A stretch of 63,941 bases of DNA, counting the filler, from Octopus bimaculoides (Eukaryota), in assembly GCF_001194135.2 (NCBI RefSeq). It is 6 parts of 6 records of this genome, joined end to end, with 100 filler letters (N's around TTAATTAATTAA, not from the genome) between each part and the next. Parts side by side here need not be neighbours in the genome. Positions count along the whole stretch, not along the records: positions 23,047 to 47,772 come from NC_068983.1; positions 47,873 to 60,350 come from NC_068993.1; 4 more parts are not named here. One strand, 5' to 3'. The notes beneath the pieces are model-generated. The model was not told the DNA's origin. It saw nothing but the letters and a program-made list of their open reading frames with translations, and searched no databases. Positions 36,956-48,570 of the stretch are shown here, piece by piece. The translations under genes were made by a program, and so were the position numbers. Numbering within the stretch: the first letter of the stretch is position 1; every line of letters starts with the position of its first letter.

Positions 36956-39019
36956 GGGTAGTGCATATATTATTTGTAAATATGTATATATAATTTACAA
37001 ATAAAACGTTTAAAATGTCATACCGATCGTTAATATTTGGTGGATGTTTCTAATTAAACTATAGAATATCCACGGATAATTTAATATCATGATATAAAGG
37101 TTAAAATATTTTAAGAATTAAATTGCAGAATAGATCTTACGAACTAATGGAGGCTCTTTCCTCAGACAGTCCGTAGCGATAAAATAACAACAGTAGTTTT
37201 GAAATTGCAAATTTCTCAATTATAACCTTATTAGAAATCAATACAAACATCAATATCTCCAGACTAAACGATTGATGCAACCAATGCATTTGTCACAGAA
37301 TAGAATGAGTAATTTCCGAAGACGTATCCGGTACCAACAAATACGAAACTGAAAGAAACAAAAGGTATAGAGAAAATATAAATAAAATAATACTTTCGAC
37401 TCATGGAAATCAATAAGGGAAGATTATAGGAGAGACAAATACAACACAAATACAGCACGTTATAAAGAAATAGAAAAATTAAAATAGCAAATTAAGAAGG
37501 GATTGTCGTTAAATCGTACCCAAATGTAACAATACTTCTTTACCTACAAGAAACTGTATATTCCCAACTTTAGATAATTTACCAAGAACTGAATAAGTAA
37601 AAAGGCAGAAACTTATGCAGAAGAAGGAGAATATATTGGATTTTGTTTTCTAATTGGTTGTGGAAGGACCGCTACCGGCACAATGTCCAAACTCACTAAC
37701 ACAGCACTGGAACAACTATTGCAAGACATAAAAATCGATAATATAGATCAATCGTTATATACAGGAACAAGTGAAACGTACCATGAAATGGTATTTTCCT
37801 TAAATTCTGGCTAAAATATATATAATAGGTAGTCACAAAAACAACCGATTTCAAAAGTATAGAAAAAGAGTAAAAAAAAAAAATACAATAGCTACATGGT
37901 CCGGCGAAAGAAGAAAAAAATGTCCTTTTAATACATAAGATAAATGAAAAAAATAACATCAGAGACTAAACAGTTCTAACCTATAAACCTACAATACAGA
38001 AGTGGCCACAACAACAGTATTGCTATAAATGGTAAACGTTGACCTTGAAATAAATAAAACTGACATCCAAAAGAAATGAAGCGAATCAATAAAACCTCAA
38101 TTACTGATTGAGTTTAAATGAAAAAAATGGCAGGAGTGTTGCATGGATTGGTTACTAAATGTTTTCTGACAATGTTTCCATTCGTGGTGTGTGGGAATAT
38201 TATTCACAAGTTGTGTAACACCAACAGGCAGGTACACATCACGAATGCATTGCAAAAAAGTTTGAAAATTCATGATATTTCAGATTCTTTGTAAATAGGA
38301 AGTTGTATGTGGAGAAGACTGTTTTGCTTCTCTTATAGAAATGCAAGTAACTATTTGTCCAAGGTGATCAACATCCGAAGGTTCTTGAAAAATTGTTTTA
38401 AAATATTGAAAATTATTATTGCGAGAAAAACCGTTTCCGGTCACGGAGACCAACAGGTGAAAGATCAATCAAATGATAATTAATGACAGAATGCCATTTG
38501 ATATTTTAATTCGGAATATTTGAAGAATAGCAGGAAGAGAGCGTGAAATGGTGGTTATTTTTAGGAGTTCGGTTTTATGAAAAGAAAATAACAACAAAAG
38601 AAACGGAAGAATGTCGAAGATTAATATACAAAGATTGAAATAAAATAGTTGGAAACAAAAACAAAACAACAAAGAAGAAAGAACGAAGAGGAAGGGGAAT
38701 GAGAAGGATGAAGAAGAGGCAGTGAATGACGAACAAAAGAGGGGAGAAGAGAAAAAGACGAAAGTAAGAAATGGCGTGTAGGAGGGAAAGGAAGAGGAAG
38801 AGAGAATGAAGAAGGAGAGAATTATGAATGAGAATTAAAGAAAGAGATAAAGAAAGTAAAAACGAAGAAGGAGGATGGAATTTTTTTTTTAATATAAAGG
38901 AAATGACATTAAAGAAAGAGATAAAGAAAGTAAAAACGAAGAAGGAGGGTGCAATTTTTTTTTAAATATAAAGGAAATGATGTAGAAGTCAGAACAAAGA
39001 ATCCTAACTAAATACCACT

Positions 39020-40397
39020 TGTTGTCTAATATAAAGTTTTTTGTTTTCGGATTTTTATTGATTTTTGCCAACTTGCATCTCCATTTCATATCTTTAATAA
39101 TTTGATAGAATTTGTTGTCCAATCGTTGTCCAATCGTTGTTCAATCGTTGTCCAATCGTTGTCCAATCGTTGTCCAATCGTTGTCCAATCGTTGTCCAAT
39201 CGTTGTTCAATCGTTGTCCAATCGTTATCCAATCGTTGTCCAATCGTTTCTGAATTGCTCATTCATGATTTTCACTTGTAACATATTAACAGTAATTGTG
39301 TATTCTTTCCGTTCCAGCTTTGATAATGAGTTATGCAAAATGTTGAAATTCGAACCATTTTACGCTACCCAGGGATAAAAAGATTTGAGTGAAAGAATAG
39401 CGGCCAAAAGAATGGAAATAACGATCTGGAAGGCCCAGGAACAACTGTTAACGAACGCGTGGCGCAGAACTGGTTCATACGTTTCAAGGGTAGTGACACC
39501 AGCCTTGAAGACAAACCGAGGTCAGAGAGACCTTCAGTTGTGGAAGACGAGGCCTTGCTTGAAATGGTTGAACAACAGCCAAGCACAAGCACTCGTACAA
39601 TGTCGACAGAACTTGGTCCTTCACAAAGCTCTCTAAATCAACTCCTCTATCAGCTCGACCTTGTGAACAGACGCTGTCGATAGAAATAAATAGGCTCAAC
39701 GACATGTGAACATATGAAGACAACTGATGGCAAATCCTCGACATATTCATTTTGGGCGTCAAATTGTATGTAACTAGGGATGAAAAATGGATCGTAATCC
39801 TAATGAGAGAAATTATTGGCCTTGTTCCGGACGGAAAAGGTTGTCAAACCAGGGCGGTTTGGAAAGAAGGTCTTGTTGCTTGTTTGGTAGAATTTTGAGG
39901 GAGCGTTTCACCTTGAGTTTGTCCCAGATGGTCATGCCGTGAAGGTTAAACTTTACGTTCAACAACTGCCGGCTGTATATGTTCTTTCAAAAGCCTGCCA
40001 TCTGGCATTGGCCAATCAAAGATGCCCACTCCCAGAACATGGAAATGCCCTAGCACACACACTGTCAATCTGACCAAGTTCGAACTTGAGGAATTTGAAG
40101 GGATGAGAGTGCTGCTTCACCCTGCCTACAGTCCAGACCTGGCACCATCAGATCATAACATTTTTTAACTATACCTCGTTTCCTGTACAGATAGAGGTTC
40201 AACAATATGGATGAAGTTGAAAATGGATGCAGGGAAATTTTTTACCTCTAAACCAACCAAAATGGCATAAGTATGGAATTGAGCTTCTGCAATATGATAG
40301 GATTTTCTTTTATGAATAAACCCTTTTCATATGTAATTTATTTGAACTATTAATTAATTAAAGCTTGAAATACGAAAAACTTCTTGGCTCAATCTAA
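39020..40397 (+). mobile_element. Second, distinct mariner transposon (decayed; left end uncertain)
   Basis: TVNERVAQNWFIRFKGSDTSLEDKPRSERPS, TRDEKW, PAYSPDLAPSDH; right TIR ...CTTCTTGGCTCAATCTAA|TA. Confidence 0.85.
39115..39246 (+). repeat. 12 x 11-bp minisatellite TTGTCCAATCG
   Basis: Exact 11-nt periodicity; units 3 and 9 share the C>T variant. Confidence 0.95.
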
Positions 40398-41397
40398 TAG
40401 CGATTCTGCAAATACACTGCAGGATGTGGAACACCTCTCTCAGGTTCACAATTCTTGGTAATTGTTTTAAACAAACGCAGGGTGCACCAGTTCAAACCAT
40501 ATAGCAACTGAAAAGTATACGGTAAAACTTCAGCTACATTCAGACACCCGAGCCATCCGCCTAGATTTACTAGCGCCACAACAATGGCCACATAAAGTAC
40601 GAGAGATTTTTCTTCTGCCTCCTGTATTAGTAATTATATAACAGTTAATATCTAAGTCGCTTATTCGTTATCTATCCAAATACATCATGTTCCTGACCTA
40701 TCATGACTGTATTGAGATCGATATAATCAGCTCTAAGTCCACCCCGATATTGAATGAGCCTCAAAATTTGCCATAAAAAATTATATTCTTTTAGAGATTC
40801 TGATAAGAATTTATATCATTATTAATTAGTTCACTTTTGATTTTGATGTTTCCGGGTTCTATAAAAAAAAAGAGAGATCGGCAAATTGCACGTATTGATA
40901 TGTTTCTTATTTTATCGATCGACTATTTTATGGTCAATCAATAATATAAGAAACAGTCAAGCGCTCCTGCTTTTGAAGTATAGCAGCAACATAATTGGAT
41001 GTACACCACCACCACCACCACATTGTTACCTTGTGTCTATGTAAGAAATTATGAGTTTTAGGAAAGCAAGGACAGATGGTCGGATGTATAGGAGAGCGAA
41101 CAAACAGTGAAATATTTGGTGGAAGGGATCCAATATCGATAGGGACTTGAAGATAACAGATACTGTAGAGTAGGAAGAATTTACCAGAGTACGAAGAATT
41201 TACAAGGATATCCCTCGTGAGTCTATTTGTAATTTCGAAGCGTGCAATATTGAAACCCTGCTTTTGGAGTTAAACAAACTTAAGGCTTGACTAACCTGCT
41301 TATCAAAGTGGAAAATGATGTACACCACCACCATATAAATCGTTGTGAACTAAATAACAGCCATCTTAACTCGTAGAAACTCTGTATAAACGATGTA

Positions 41398-41603
41398 TAG
41401 TGAACCCTCGCCATATCGCGGTTTATTTTTTCAGATTACGTCAATACCTCCGTGGTGTTGTTTTGCATTTGTAAATAAAATAAATATATACAAGTTATAA
41501 AAAATAATTTTTAGAAATATACAGAACTGTTTCTGCTTCGCGAATTTTCGCGTATCGCGGAGGGTTTGCAAACGTAACACCCGCGATAGTCGAGGGATTA
41601 CTG
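41398..41603. mobile_element. Tigger/pogo-like MITE, about 206 bp
   Basis: Left (C>T)AGTGAACCCTCGCCATATCGCGG vs reverse-complement right CAGTAATCCCTCGACTATCGCGG; TA on the left, TG (decayed TA) on the right. Confidence 0.7.
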
Positions 41604-41929
41604 TGTTGAGCCAGCAGGCAAATCATGCGTGGGTAGAGGTACTGCTTTATGCGTGTATGTGTGTAAGTGTGTGTGTGCATGTGTGTTTCTGGGGAGAGAA
41701 AGAGAAAGAGGGAGAGGGAGAGGGAGAGGAAAGCAACGGAGAGAAACTGAGAAAAAACAATTTTCCCGGATGCTTCGCAAAACTTACTCTAAAATCAGTA
41801 ATATGGCAGTGTTTATGTCAAGATTCCTCTGAAAAGGATTGAATACATGTCAGCTATACATACATATATATATATATATATATAAACAATATATGAGTAT
41901 ATGCATATATATGTACATGTATGTATATA

Positions 41930-42110
41930 CATACCTTCATCCACATGTACACATAGATACATAACTGGGTACATGACGTGGCAAAAGAACATGGACAAAA
42001 TGGTAAACAAGGTGCAACAAACAAGCAGGCCACATAGAAACATCCCCTTCATCAGCTGCCACCATTAAAACCCCGGCGTTTCGAAGAAACCAACGCAGTA
42101 CGCATCGTTA
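41930..42110 (-). repeat. Interspersed repeat related to 48400-48550 (probable Penelope terminal-repeat relic)
   Basis: Both contain CAGCTGA(..)TGAAG...CACGTCATGTACCCA / GACGTCCTGTACCCA followed by TA/TG microsatellite. Confidence 0.45.
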
Positions 42111-42212
42111 AAATGGTTCTTCCCACGAACACAAATTAAATTGTTTTCGTGGAGAGTAGTGGCGGACGGAAAACAAGACAGGAAAACGAAACGGTGGAAT
42201 AAACAAATATAT

Positions 42213-42496
42213 CCATATTCTTTTACTCTTTTACTCTTTTACTTGTTTCAGTCATTTGACTGCGGCCTTGCTGGAGCACTGTCTTTAGTCGAACAAATCG
42301 AACCCAGGACGTATTTTTTGTAAGCCTAATACTTATTCTATTGGTGTCTTTCGCCGAACCGCTAGGTCACGGGGACTTAAACACACCAACATCGGTTGTC
42401 AAGGGATGGTGGCGGGACAAACACAATCACACAAATATATACACACACATGCATATATACATACATCCACACATACATATATACAAACATACACGC

Positions 42497-42532
<36 letters not shown>

Positions 42533-42745
42533 GTATACGACAGGCTTCTTTCAGTTTCCGTCTACCAAATCCACTCACAAGNNNNNNNNNNTTTCAGTTT
42601 CCGTCTACCAAATCCACTCACAAGGCTTTGCTCGGCCCGGGGTTATAGTAGAAGACACTTGCCCAAGGTGCCACGCAGAGGGACTGAACCCAGAATCATG
42701 TGGTTGCGAAGCAAACTTCTTACCACACAGTCACGCTTATGCCTG
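42213..42745 (-). mobile_element. SINE-A, full length with internal (TG/TA)n
   Basis: Tail 42213-42430, microsatellite 42430-42535, head 42535-42745; the short duplication around the 10-N gap is an assembly overlap. Confidence 0.88.
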
Positions 42746-42844
42746 TATATATATATATATATATATATATAGGCTGATCACGTGATCGACCAGACGATCG
42801 GATGTTGTGCTGTATCGCTGGTCACAATGCACTTTGGTGGCTAG

Positions 42845-43015
42845 GGTAAGCAGGCCAACATTCCCGCTGATAGGATTCTGTGACCCGTGTACAGTCGAGT
42901 CGACTGGAGCAACGTGAAATGAAATGTTTTGCTCAGGGACACAACGCGTCGCTCGGCGTAGAACTCGAACCCACGACTAGCGATCGTGAGTGCCATATCC
43001 AAATCACTGTGTCTC
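42845..43015 (-). mobile_element. SINE-C-like fragment
   Basis: GACTGGAGCAACGTGAAATGAAATGTTTTGCTCAGGGACACAAC...GAACTCGAACCC resembles 6560-6660. Confidence 0.65.
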
Positions 43016-43782
43016 TTGNNNNNNNNNNNNNNNNNNNNNNNNNNNNNNNNNNNNNNNNNNNNNNNNNNNNNNNNNNNNNNNNNNNNNNNNNNNNNNNNNN
43101 NNNNNNNNNNNNNNNNNNNNNNNNNNNNNNNNNNNNNNNNNNNNNNNNNNNNNNNNNNNNNNNNNNNNNNNNNNNNNNNNNNNNNNNNNNNNNNNNNNNN
43201 NNNNNNNNNNNNNNNNNNNNNNNNNNNNNNNNNNNNNNNNNNNNNNNNNNNNNNNNNNNNNNNNNNNNNNNNNNNNNNNNNNNNNNNNNNNNNNNNNNNN
43301 NNNNNNNNNNNNNNNNNNNNNNNNNNNNNNNNNNNNNNNNNNNNNNNNNNNNNNNNNNNNNNNNNNNNNNNNNNNNNNNNNNNNNNNNNNNNNNNNNNNN
43401 NNNNNNNNNNNNNNNNNNNNNNNNNNNNNNNNNNNNNNNNNNNNNNNNNNNNNNNNNNNNNNNNNNNNNNNNNNNNNNNNNNNNNNNNNNNNNNNNNNNN
43501 NNNNNNNNNNNNNNNNNNNNNNNNNNNNNNNNNNNNNNNNNNNNNNNNNNNNNNNNNNNNNNNNNNNNNNNNNNNNNNNNNNNNNNNNNNNNNNNNNNNN
43601 NNNNNNNNNNNNNNNNNNNNNNNNNNNNNNNNNNNNNNNNNNNNNNNNNNNNNNNNNNNNNNNNNNNNNNNNNNNNNNNNNNNNNNNNNNNNNNNNNNNN
43701 NNNNNNNNNNNNNNNNNNNNNNNNNNNNNNNNNNNNNNNNNNNNNNNNNNNNNNNNNNNNNNNNNNNNNNNNNNNNNNNNNN

Positions 43783-43827
<45 letters not shown>

Positions 43828-44644
43828 CATATGTATGTAGCAAGTAGTCTGGCTGTGGTAATGAGTAGACCTATATTTGTCAGTAGTACGGACACATAAT
43901 TCTCAGTGACCTAGTGTACTTTGCTTTAAACTGGTGCATCAATGGTGAATATTACACTACTACAACCAACAGGAGCACTAAAAAACTGGAGAGGGTTCGG
44001 TGAGCTACTCTAACAAAGACGGACTCCAACTTCTATAAGCGTGTATAGCAATCTAGATATGGTTGGTCTCCCCTAGGCTCATTAACCATAGATGTACTTT
44101 GTGAAGAGGATATTTCCAGGGTTAATGTGCGTATCAGAAGCTGTGTTTATATTATTATCGAGTCAAAAAAGAATGAGAGTATCCTCAATCTTTGCAGGTT
44201 GTTCTCTACGGTTGAAGATATTGGTTTGTACTTCTATAAGCTGATATCACAGGTGAAAGGGGATCAGTCAACTGAGCGTTATTTGATGCTGTAAAAACAA
44301 TTAACCCTCAAACATCACTCTGTCAACTTTAAAAACGAAAACAAAATCCACATTGAAAATCACCTTCAGAGATTATTATCCAGAAAGATGATGCATTGGT
44401 CACGACCGGAATGTCTATGATCCCCGTGACTCGCTGGGTCATAGCTGAAAACTATTTAATCAAGAACAACAACCAGTTGCGGCATATCGACTGGTTCCTT
44501 GTCTGGTCACATGTGTTGCGGTGTATCCATAGTAAAGACCACGTGGTTCACAACAATTATTCTATAATTAATTACTTTGATTCATTTTAATTGGATAAGA
44601 TTGGAAATCATAAGGTTGGAATCATTAGATAAAATTGGATATCA

Positions 44645-44878
44645 AGGCGGTGAGCTGGCAGAACCGTTAGCACGCGGGGCGAAAATGCTTAGCGGTATTT
44701 CATCTGCCATTACGTTCTGAGTTCAAATTCAGCTGAGGTTGACTTTGCCCTTCATCCTTTCGGGGTCGATAAATTAAGTACCAGTTACGTACTGAGGTCG
44801 GTGTAATCGACTTGATCACTTTGTCTGTCTTAGTTTGTCCCCTCTATGTTTATCCCCCTGTGAGCAATAAAGAAATAA
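44645..44878 (+). mobile_element. SINE-B (tail type i)
   Basis: AAGGCGGTGAGCTGGCAGAACCG...TTTGTCCCCTCTATGTTTATCCCCCTGTGAGCAATAAAGAAATAAG; flanks TAAAATTGGATATCA / TAAGATTGGAAATCA resemble a decayed TSD. Confidence 0.88.
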
Positions 44879-45139
44879 GATTGGAAATCATATTTCCAGC
44901 CATTTAGATGAACTCAAGACAAAATGATGAGTGTTACATTAGTTTTGCTTTTGCTGGTTAAAACCTATTTGAGACAGACTATGAAGAATTATATACAGAG
45001 TTGTTGCGGCTGAAAAGTTATCACCCGTTTACTAAGCGTCACAAAAACGGAAAATAATCAGCGGCCTAATGGATCCCGGATGTGTAAGGATATGTTCTGC
45101 ATCAATATTTATAATAAAAAAAAGATCAGACATTACACT

Positions 45140-46631
45140 AGGTGCAGATGTGATTGTATGGTGAGAAATTCGCTTCTCAATCACGTGGTTCTGAGTTCAG
45201 TCCCACTGCGTGGCACCTTGGGCAAGTGTCTTCTTCTATAGTCTCGGGCCGACAAAAGCCTTGTCATTGGATTTGGAAACCGAAAGAAACTCATCGTATC
45301 TGTCTATCTATCTATCTATCTATCTATCTATCGTCTCCATGACCGAACTGCAGTCATGGATCAAGAAGAGGCCGAGGAAGGGCGAATGGCACCGCGAGTG
45401 TCGCGCTGCTCTTCGGCAACTCCAACAACCCGGGTCAACCTTGAGCGACTGCATCACAACTAACGCATTCTATAGTGGATTAGTGGAGGGAAGGTACGAC
45501 GACGATCTCGGGGCGAACCTGGGCGTCGACGAGGAATACCTGACCCGCCTGTTTAAGACGACCTTCGGGCCGGGACCTATGGACAACTTCCAGAGATCCC
45601 TGGCCTGGCAGTGCTATCGAGAAGCACTACCCGTTCGGGATAAGCTCTACAGGCATGNNNNNNNNNNNNNNNNNNNNNNNNNNNNNNNNNNNNNNNNNNN
45701 NNNNNNNNNNNNNNNNNNNNNNNNNNNNNNNNNNNNNNNNNNNNNNNNNNNNNNNNNNNNNNNNNNNNNNNNNNNNNNNNNNNNNNNNNNNNNNNNNNNN
45801 NNNNNNNNNNNNNNNNNNNNNNNNNNNNNNNNNNNNNNNNNNNNNNNNNNNNNNNNNNNNNNNNNNNNNNNNNNNNNNNNNNNNNNNNNNNNNNNNNNNN
45901 NNNNNNNNNNNNNNNNNNNNNNNNNNNNNNNNNNNNNNNNNNNNNNNNNNNNNNNNNNNNNNNNNNNNNNNNNNNNNNNNNNNNNNNNNNNNNNNNNNNN
46001 NNNNNNNNNNNNNNNNNNNNNNNNNNNNNNNNNNNNNNNNNNNNNNNNNNNNNNNNNNNNNNNNNNNNNNNNNNNNNNNNNNNNNNNNNNNNNNNNNNNN
46101 NNNNNNNNNNNNNNNNNNNNNNNNNNNNNNNNNNNNNNNNNNNNNNNNNNNNNNNNNNNNNNNNNNNNNNNNNNNNNNNNNNNNNNNNNNNNNNNNNNNN
46201 NNNNNNNNNNNNNNNNNNNNNNNNNNNNNNNNNNNNNNNNNNNNNNCCTTCCTACGATCCCTTTTGATCGACACCACCACTTTTTTTTTTTTCCTTCCTT
46301 CCCTCTCCCAAAAAGAAAAGCTCTACATTGTATTTGTCCCATCTTCGTTGAGCCCTGTGTGGCTAATAAAAGAAATGTATCTATCTATCTATCTATACAC
46401 ATACATATGTGTGCATGTGTGCGTGTATGTTTGTCCCCAACTACCGCCTGACACCCGGTATTGGTGTGTTTACGTCTCCGTAACCTAGCAGTTCGGCAAA
46501 AGTGACCGATAGAATAGGTACCAGACTTTAAAAATGTACCAGCGTCGATTCACTCGACTAAAGATTCTTCAAAGCAGTGCCCCAGTATGACCGCAGACTA
46601 ATTACTGAAACAAGTAAAAAGAATAAAAGAT
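45140..46631 (+). mobile_element. SINE-A split by a Tx1-like insertion in its internal microsatellite
   Basis: Head 45140-45300, (TCTA)n, insert, (TCTA)n/(TG), tail 46420-46631, all co-oriented. Confidence 0.8.
45333..46375 (+). mobile_element. Tx1/L1-like LINE, 5'-truncated (ORF2 C-terminus, gap, 3' UTR)
   Basis: ...TTFGPGPMDNFQRSLAWQCYREALPVRDKLYRH (zf-RVT-like region); after the gap a T-rich 3' UTR ending TGTGGCTAATAAAAGAAA; continuity across the gap is inferred. Confidence 0.8.
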
Positions 46632-47878
46632 ATGACGTTATATCTATTACTCCTCCATGTTGAATGGAGACATAACTGCGTCTATAGAAATATCTATTAC
46701 AAGCTAAATATGATCAATTATTTAACACGTTAATGTTTTGTTGCTTAAACATTGACTAAATATTATAATTGTAGAACAATAAAACATAATGGCTGCAACG
46801 ATTTTTTTCTCGACAACTTTCAAACTTCCGCACAGAACTAGAAAAAACATGCAACAAAGGAGAAAATTTATTGTGAAAATGATTAAAAATTGTATTATCA
46901 TATGGAAGAATTTATCAAAAAGATTTCGGAATTAAAAAAAAACAAAAAAGAGAAAGGTGACAGATTTAATGGTTTTTCTACATAAGTGATGGAGATAGTG
47001 ATAATGTCGGCGATGATGGTGGGGATGGTGGGGATGGGGAGGAAGAAAAAGAAGGAAAGAAAATGATTACAACGACGACAAGGATGAGGATGACTATGAT
47101 AATGATGGCGGTGGTGGTGGTGGTGGTAGTCGTTATGATGATGATGATGATGATAATGATGATGATGATTTTGTTGCAGCTGTTGTTGTTGTTGTTATTG
47201 GTGGTGGTGGTCGTGGTGCTTGTGATGGTAGTGAGAATGTTTATAATGGTATTGGTGGTGGTGGTGGTGGTGAACAGAAATTTGTAAAGTGCAATGAGAA
47301 AAAAAGACATGCTTTCCTCCTTCCTTCTGTTAATTCTGATGTTCCTCTTACGTGCGACATTAAAACATCTTTAGTTTGTAATTTCATGTAAAGCAGCAGC
47401 GGCGGCGGCGGAAGTAGCAGCAGAGTAACCTGCTCCAACGAACGCACTTTTTCTTTCATAATGACACCGTTGCATGATCATAGCTCAACTGTCGATGAAA
47501 CATCTTTTGTATTCTGATATCTTTATCTTTTATTTTTGTGTTCCATAGGCCTACTCAAGCAAAGACAATATATATATACGGTCCACTAGACAGCCAGAAC
47601 AACGACGACGACTACGATGACGATGACGACAGTGGCGGCGGCGGTGGCGGTGGCGGTGGCTAGGACACTAACCGAGCTCATTTGATTAATGGTGAACTCG
47701 GGTGACCTTTCGTGAAAACAAAGTTTAACAAATGTTAAGTTCAATTCTGCAAGAATTCTTAGCCAGTTCCGGNNNNNNNNNNNNNNNNNNNNNNNNNNNN
47801 NNNNNNNNNNNNNNNNTTAATTAATTAANNNNNNNNNNNNNNNNNNNNNNNNNNNNNNNNNNNNNNNNNNNNATATAT

Positions 47879-47952
47879 ATGCGTGGAGTTGAATCAAATA
47901 ATAATATAAATATATATATATTTACATCATTATTTGATTCAACTCCACGCAT
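47879..47952. repeat. Perfect 24-bp inverted repeat with 26-nt AT-rich spacer
   Basis: ATGCGTGGAGTTGAATCAAATAAT (47879-47902) / ATTATTTGATTCAACTCCACGCAT (47929-47952). Confidence 0.9.
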
Positions 47953-48539
47953 GCATTTCCAAGTAAGTTTATTTTAATCTTTTTGATGAGACTCTATTCT
48001 ATACTGTTTTCTGCTCCTATCATTTTCTCTTTCATCGTTTCTCTAATTCCCTTTTCTCTCCCCTTCATCGTTTTCTATCTGTCTCTTTCTCTCCCTCTTT
48101 CTCTCTTACTCTCTCTCGTTACTCACACGTGATCATCGTGCATCTTTCTTTTCTTTCAGAGCTGTCCTAAGGACTGGACAAATCCTATATTTTCTCTTGT
48201 CAAAGAAAATGTTTCTCCAGCGTTCGCTATTTTACCCTCGTTCTGGTCTAACCCATGTTTGTTTTTCACAGTCCTGCTTTTGTTCCCAACTTTGACCCTC
48301 CATAAATCGCAAATTTTATTTTGGTACTTATGGGAGCAACTGTCTTCGAAGACTCATATAGTTGTTTAATGCTCAAAATGAGAAGTAGCTAAACAGCTGA
48401 CAACTGATGAAGAGTCGTTCTTAATGTTACTTGTCCTGCTTTCCATTTGTCTCTCTCGTTGTTTGTGTATTGCGCTCCTTTGTTTTCGTATTTCATGTTG
48501 TTTACTGTTGGTGACGTCCTGTACCCATATATGCATATG

Positions 48540-48570
<31 letters not shown>

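Noticed and set aside
39115-39246. CRISPR-like periodic array (also considered 2010-2610 and 30789-30851)
   Set aside because: Head-to-tail tandem units without unique spacers; eukaryotic context; no cas genes
40394-40591. 65-aa minus-strand ORF next to the mariner end
   Set aside because: No recognisable homology, weak donor, length expected by chance
42040-42095. CTGATGA and GAAAC motifs as a hammerhead (also 48404, 58133, 10040-10065, 38430-38450)
   Set aside because: Motifs are in the wrong order or lack stem I/III pairing; at most unrecognisable relics
42541-42625. Direct duplication of TTTCAGTTTCCGTCTACCAAATCCACTCACAAG around a 10-N gap
   Set aside because: Typical overlap of unmerged contig ends
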